Shown here piece by piece: positions 59,786 through 64,000 of a DNA stretch of 64,000 nt. The stretch is from Nitrosopumilus sp. Its GTDB lineage: Archaea; Thermoproteota; Nitrososphaeria; Nitrososphaerales; Nitrosopumilaceae. Every line of letters begins with the position of its first letter. The first letter of the stretch is position 1. The notes beneath the pieces were generated by a model. It had not been told where the DNA came from, made no database searches, and saw nothing but the letters and a program-made list of their open reading frames with translations. Location: contig OZ241981.1 in assembly GCA_965204345.1 (NCBI GenBank), forward strand, positions 1,312,001 through 1,376,000, in the 5' to 3' direction. The position numbers and the translations under genes were made by a program.

Positions 59786-60084
59786 CTATCCCACTGTATC
59801 TAACACCTCAAGGACTTCTTTATGCAGACCAGACTTGTGATGTGAAGGCAAAACGATGAGTGCAAAAAATACCATCAAAAACATAGTCTGCATGTACCTC
59901 AAGACAAAAATTGCGACAACCGCAGACACAGAAGACTCTTTTTTTTGATTTCATGGTCTTTTTGAGAGGCTTTCATTTAGAAAATTGAATAGATATGTTA
60001 CTTTAAAGAAATAAAACATTAAACTTTTGAAACTATTATTATTGTTTTACAATATATAAAAAACCGTTCAGTGTTACACAAATT

Positions 60085-60243
60085 CTAATCAATCATATGC
60101 CTTGTTCTTAACATAAAGTTACCGTCTTCATAGACAAGCTCTTGTATGTGTTTTGCATCCTTTCTATCTTTCACGGGTCTAAATTTCTCATCCAAATACA
60201 TCTTTGGCATCTCAAATTGTGTGTTATCTTTTGTCTTGTTCAT
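60085..60243 (-). CDS. Small orphan protein (52 aa), not in ORF track
   Basis: MNKTKDNTQFEMPKMYLDEKFRPVKDRKDAKHIQELVYEDGNFMLRTRHMID; start overlaps the end of the upstream ORF. Confidence 0.4.
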   Translation of the reverse strand: MNKTKDNTQFEMPKMYLDEKFRPVKDRKDAKHIQELVYEDGNFMLRTRHMID

Positions 60244-60439
60244 TTAACTGCATTCCCTCATGCATCTTTTTAAGTTTTTGATAATTTGACTGTGCTCCAA
60301 GATTTGGATCAGATTCATTTGGGTATACAGCCGCATTGATAATTTTATCACCTGTAAGATCTGCAACTTTATTTGACAGATTTTTCATTTCATCTGTTAG
60401 TTCTTGTATCTTATCATGAATCTTCATTTTTGTATGCAA
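60224..60439 (-). CDS. Small coiled-coil orphan protein or fragment
   Basis: KIQELTDEMKNLSNKVADL heptad pattern. Confidence 0.35.
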   Translation of the reverse strand: MHTKMKIHDKIQELTDEMKNLSNKVADLTGDKIINAAVYPNESDPNLGAQSNYQKLKKMHEGMQLNEQDKR

Positions 60440-60604
60440 TGCCTGCTTGTTGATTCAAATCTATCATTTTTTGAAAGATATCAAGATTTTCTGCTTTAGA
60501 TCATGTATTTTTGACAGACACAACATTTCATAGTATATAGGGCACCTAATCAGAGGTAGTTAGAGTAAAATGAATGAGAATGTTCGTCTGGCTTGTGTGA
60601 GTGA

Positions 60605-60635
60605 AAGTTCATTCAAGTTCATTCAAGTTCATTCA
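60605..60635. repeat. 10-bp tandem repeat x3 (AAGTTCATTC), with a degenerate fourth copy near 60646
   Basis: Read directly from the sequence. Confidence 0.85.
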
Positions 60636-60720
60636 CACTAGTACAAAGTTCATCAAAGCATAATGATACAAAATCAGGTTTTCAGGAATTTCTTGATTCA
60701 CACGGGGGAGGCTCTTCTCT

Positions 60721-63700
60721 TTGAGCAAAAGCCAGACTTTTGCCACATTTGACACAGTTTTACAAAAAATTAGAGATGAATCAAACAGCCCATTTGAACT
60801 TGGTGAGAAATTTGAAAAACTTGTATTTAATTTTCTAACAACTGACAAACTCTATACAAAGAGGTTTGAAAAGGTCTGGACATGGACGGACTGGGCAAAA
60901 GAGAACAAGATCAAAGAGTCATTGGGTACAGGCCATGATCTTGGAATTGATATTGTGGCATTAGAAGATGATGGAAAACTTTGTGCCATACAGTGCAAGT
61001 GCTATCATGATGAGAACATTCTGGAAAAAAAGGATGTTGACAGCTTTGTTGCAGCAAGGGTTGCCTACAATATGGACTACTGCATTTTGGTCAGTACATC
61101 CCCTGTCAATGATAATGCAATGGCCATGCTCATAGGTGCAAAATGTACCATCCTAGATACTGAGCACCTCAGAAACAGCAGCATTGACTGGTCAGAGTAT
61201 CCAAAGATCAAGGCTAGAAAGCCAAAGAAACTGCGAGACTATCAGGAACTGGCAATGGATGATGTGATACAGGGATTCTCAAAAAATTCCAGAGGCAAAA
61301 TGATAATGGCGTGTGGTACCGGCAAAACGTTAGTATCACTACACATAGCAGAAAAACTTGCAGGCAGGGGCGGAACAGTTCTGTATCTGGTACCATCAAT
61401 ATCCCTAATCCTGCAAAGCATGCGTGAATGGTCTGAGAACTCTAACATTCCTCACTATTACATGGCAGTCTGCTCTGATACAAGCATCAGAAATGATGAT
61501 GGTTCCCTAACAGAACTAGAGACTCCCGCATCAACTGACCATCATCTCTTGTCAGAAAGGCTCTCAAAAATATCCAAACAAAAGATGAACGTGGTATTTT
61601 CCACGTATCATTCAATCGATGTGGTCATGGACTCAATGAAAGGATCGTTTGATATCGTACTGTGCGATGAGGCACACCGCACGGCAGGAATCGAAGGCAG
61701 CAGTGGCAAAGAGTCATACCTCACACTGGTACACCACGACACCAACATAAAGGCAAAAAAGAGGCTGTACATGACGGCAACGCCAAGAATATACACAGAG
61801 AATGTAAAAAGCAAGGCAAGGCAAAAAGAAAAGGTGATCATCTCAATGGATGACCAGTCCATATACGGACCTGAATTTCACCATCTGACCTTTTATGATG
61901 CAGTCCACAAGTATGATGCATTATCGGATTTCAAGGTGCGTGTTGCAGTCATGGATGGCGACACCATGGATAAGACAATTCAGGGACTAGTATCAGATGA
62001 TGATAACCAGATTCCGTTAAACGAAAAGACCCTGATGGCCTCAATGTGGCACGCACTGGAATATCCCGGTGCAGGAGATGAGAAAGAGCTGCTCCAAAGG
62101 GTAATTGTATTTTGTGACATGATAAACTCATCCAAACTGTTTGCAGGAGATGAGATAACCTACAAAAAAGATGTGCGGGAAAATTCCGAAGAGTTTGAAA
62201 GGATCAAGGAAATCGATAAGAACCGCTCGTTTGTCAGGCTGGTAAACTATGTCAAAAAAGTCAAGAAGGATTCAGATATCACAAGGCCAGCAGTAAGACA
62301 TGTAGACGGAGGGGATAACGCCCAATACCGAAGAAAGCAGCTTGACTGGTTGCGGGACAGTGAAGATGATCCAAATATCTGTAGAATGTTATCAAACGCC
62401 AGATGTCTGTCTGAAGGTGTTGATGTTCCCGCATTAGATGGTGTGGTGTTTATGAATCCACGAAAATCAGTAGTGGATGTGGTCCAGGCAGTCGGCAGAG
62501 TCATGCGCAAATCACCTGGAAAGGATTATGGATATGTCATACTGCCAGTTGCAATACCTGCCGGAATGAAGATAGAAGACGCACTAGGTGACAGCAAGCA
62601 CTTCAAGGTGGTCTGGCAGGTTCTAAACGCGTTACGCTCTCATGATTCCCGGTTTGCAGATGAGATAAACAAGCTGATACTAGATCCGCCTGATGGCACC
62701 AGTAATGACATTACAAACAGGATAATAATCAGACATGCAGGCAGTCACGGCCTCTCCAGTCTTGAGATGCCCGCAGAAAAGATGATTGAGGGTATTGCCA
62801 CCAAGCTTGTCGAAAAGGTAGGCGATGTTGATTACTATGACACGTATGGAAGAACCATCGGTGAGACAACAAAGGCAGTAGAGACTAGAATAAAAAATAA
62901 ACTGGATGGATCACCACAACTGCAAAATTATTTTAATTCGTTTCACGACGGACTAAAACAGCTAGTCAACGAGAACATTACAAAGGATGAGGCACTACAG
63001 ATAATCGGTCAGCACATTGTAATGTCTCGTGTATTTGATGCAATGTTTTCAGGAGAGTTTACATCACGCAACCCACTATCACAAATACTAGAAAAGATAG
63101 CAGGAAAGTTTGGCTTACAGGAGGAGCTAAAGATACTAGAGCCGTTTTATGAGCAGGTAAGACGAGAGATTCAGGGAATTAAAACCAGAGAAGCAAGACA
63201 GAATTTCATCAAAAAGATATATGGCAACTTTTTTTCCAGTGCCGCAAAAGAGCAATCAGAACAACACGGCATTGTATACACGCCAGTTGAGGTCATTGAT
63301 TTTATCATAAACAGCGTTGAGATTCTGTTAAAGAAACACTTTGGGCTGGGCTTTAATGATCGTTCAGTCAAAGTACTAGAGCCGTTTGCCGGAACCGGGA
63401 CATTTATCACCCGTCTTTTGGAATCAGGCTATATTCATGATAATCTGTACGAGAAATACAAACATGACATCTTTGCAAACGAGATGATATTATTAGCGTA
63501 CTATATCGGAACAGTAAACATAGAGACGACATATTCTAGCCTGCAAAATCACAACAGATATGTTCCCTTTAATGGAATTAACTATACTGATACAATAAAA
63601 CATCCCGCAAGATATAGGGAAGACCCAAGGCACAGACAGGAAACCACCAAGATAAACGAAGACTTTGTAGCAGTACATGCTAGGAATAGATATCAAAACG

Positions 63701-64000
63701 CCTCGCACCTGCATGTTCTGATGGGGAATCCTCCGTATTCGGCAGGACAAGACGATTTTAACAAGGGCACGCCAAACAAGAAATATTCTGACCTTGATCC
63801 AAGAATAAAAGACACGTATATTTCCAGAGTTAAGAAAATCAACCCAACTCTTACCAATACTGTATCACTGTATGATTCCTACATACGCTCAATTCGATGG
63901 GCATCAGATCGGATTGGAAATTCCGGAATTATTGGGTTTATCACCAATGCAAGCTTTATCAGATCTGATGCAACAGCAGGACTGCGTGCATGCCTTGAAG
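60721..64000 (+). CDS. Type ISP restriction-modification enzyme (Mrr-type nuclease, SF2 helicase, N6-adenine methyltransferase), 3' end outside window
   Basis: TTG 60721 after GGGGGAGG. Same-frame motifs: GEKFE...DLGIDIV...AIQCK nuclease; LRDYQ, MACGTGKT, DEAH, TATP, CLSEGVDVP, QAVGRVMRK helicase; GIVYTPVEV, EPFAGTGTF, GNPPY methylase. Confidence 0.93.
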   Translation, partial: MSKSQTFATFDTVLQKIRDESNSPFELGEKFEKLVFNFLTTDKLYTKRFEKVWTWTDWAKENKIKESLGTGHDLGIDIVALEDDGKLCAIQCKCYHDENILEKKDVDSFVAARVAYNMDYCILVSTSPVNDNAMAMLIGAKCTILDTEHLRNSSIDWSEYPKIKARKPKKLRDYQELAMDDVIQGFSKNSRGKMIMACGTGKTLVSLHIAEKLAGRGGTVLYLVPSISLILQSMREWSENSNIPHYYMAVCSDTSIRNDDGSLTELETPASTDHHLLSERLSKISKQKMNVVFSTYHSIDVVMDSMKGSFDIVLCDEAHRTAGIEGSSGKESYLTLVHHDTNIKAKKRLYMTATPRIYTENVKSKARQKEKVIISMDDQSIYGPEFHHLTFYDAVHKYDALSDFKVRVAVMDGDTMDKTIQGLVSDDDNQIPLNEKTLMASMWHALEYPGAGDEKELLQRVIVFCDMINSSKLFAGDEITYKKDVRENSEEFERIKEIDKNRSFVRLVNYVKKVKKDSDITRPAVRHVDGGDNAQYRRKQLDWLRDSEDDPNICRMLSNARCLSEGVDVPALDGVVFMNPRKSVVDVVQAVGRVMRKSPGKDYGYVILPVAIPAGMKIEDALGDSKHFKVVWQVLNALRSHDSRFADEINKLILDPPDGTSNDITNRIIIRHAGSHGLSSLEMPAEKMIEGIATKLVEKVGDVDYYDTYGRTIGETTKAVETRIKNKLDGSPQLQNYFNSFHDGLKQLVNENITKDEALQIIGQHIVMSRVFDAMFSGEFTSRNPLSQILEKIAGKFGLQEELKILEPFYEQVRREIQGIKTREARQNFIKKIYGNFFSSAAKEQSEQHGIVYTPVEVIDFIINSVEILLKKHFGLGFNDRSVKVLEPFAGTGTFITRLLESGYIHDNLYEKYKHDIFANEMILLAYYIGTVNIETTYSSLQNHNRYVPFNGINYTDTIKHPARYREDPRHRQETTKINEDFVAVHARNRYQNASHLHVLMGNPPYSAGQDDFNKGTPNKKYSDLDPRIKDTYISRVKKINPTLTNTVSLYDSYIRSIRWASDRIGNSGIIGFITNASFIRSDATAGLRACLE

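Larger units (their letters stand above)
59786..64000. mobile_element. Genomic island starting at the tRNA-Lys 3' end (continues beyond window)
   Basis: Core gene order ends after the tRNA; orphan ORFs, short repeats and an R-M gene with visibly different codon usage follow; second att site not visible. Confidence 0.6.

Noticed and set aside
60174-60183. 10-bp match (CGGGTCTAAA) to the tRNA-Lys 3' end as an att site
   Set aside because: Inverted orientation and short; att duplications are direct repeats, so probably chance
60633-63750. Several short minus-strand ORFs in the track
   Set aside because: All are antisense to the long Type ISP frame on the plus strand

Overview
Core and accessory region of an ammonia-oxidising archaeon (Nitrosopumilus-like, Nitrososphaerota/Thaumarchaeota), judged from gene content (gatDE, cdc48, pelota, tetraether synthase Tes, F420 enzymes, AOA-type cox cluster with blue-copper protein) and low GC. 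1-23 kb is mostly housekeeping: grpE-dnaK-dnaJ, gatED, cdc48, rpl2, SRP RNA, tRNA-Gln, tRNA-Leu, tes, and an unannotated C/D-box sRNA whose guide fits C34 of tRNA-Leu(CAA). 23-43 kb is an AT-rich surface-glycan locus with many tailoring enzymes (methyl, sulfo, amido and Fem-like transferases, an NDP-kinase-like/nucleotidyltransferase fusion) and several gene fragments. 46-48.6 kb is a decayed mobile island: integrase remnant, triplicated promoter, AAA/DUF4143 ATPase and an R-M remnant. Next come a membrane protein with two AmoC/PmoC-like D-x3-H-x12-H motifs, a mini-island at the 3' end of tRNA-Arg, and the terminal oxidase cluster. After tRNA-Lys an island begins that carries a Type ISP restriction-modification gene; it runs off the window and is missing from the ORF track. 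All calls come from motif recognition by eye; no database searches were run.
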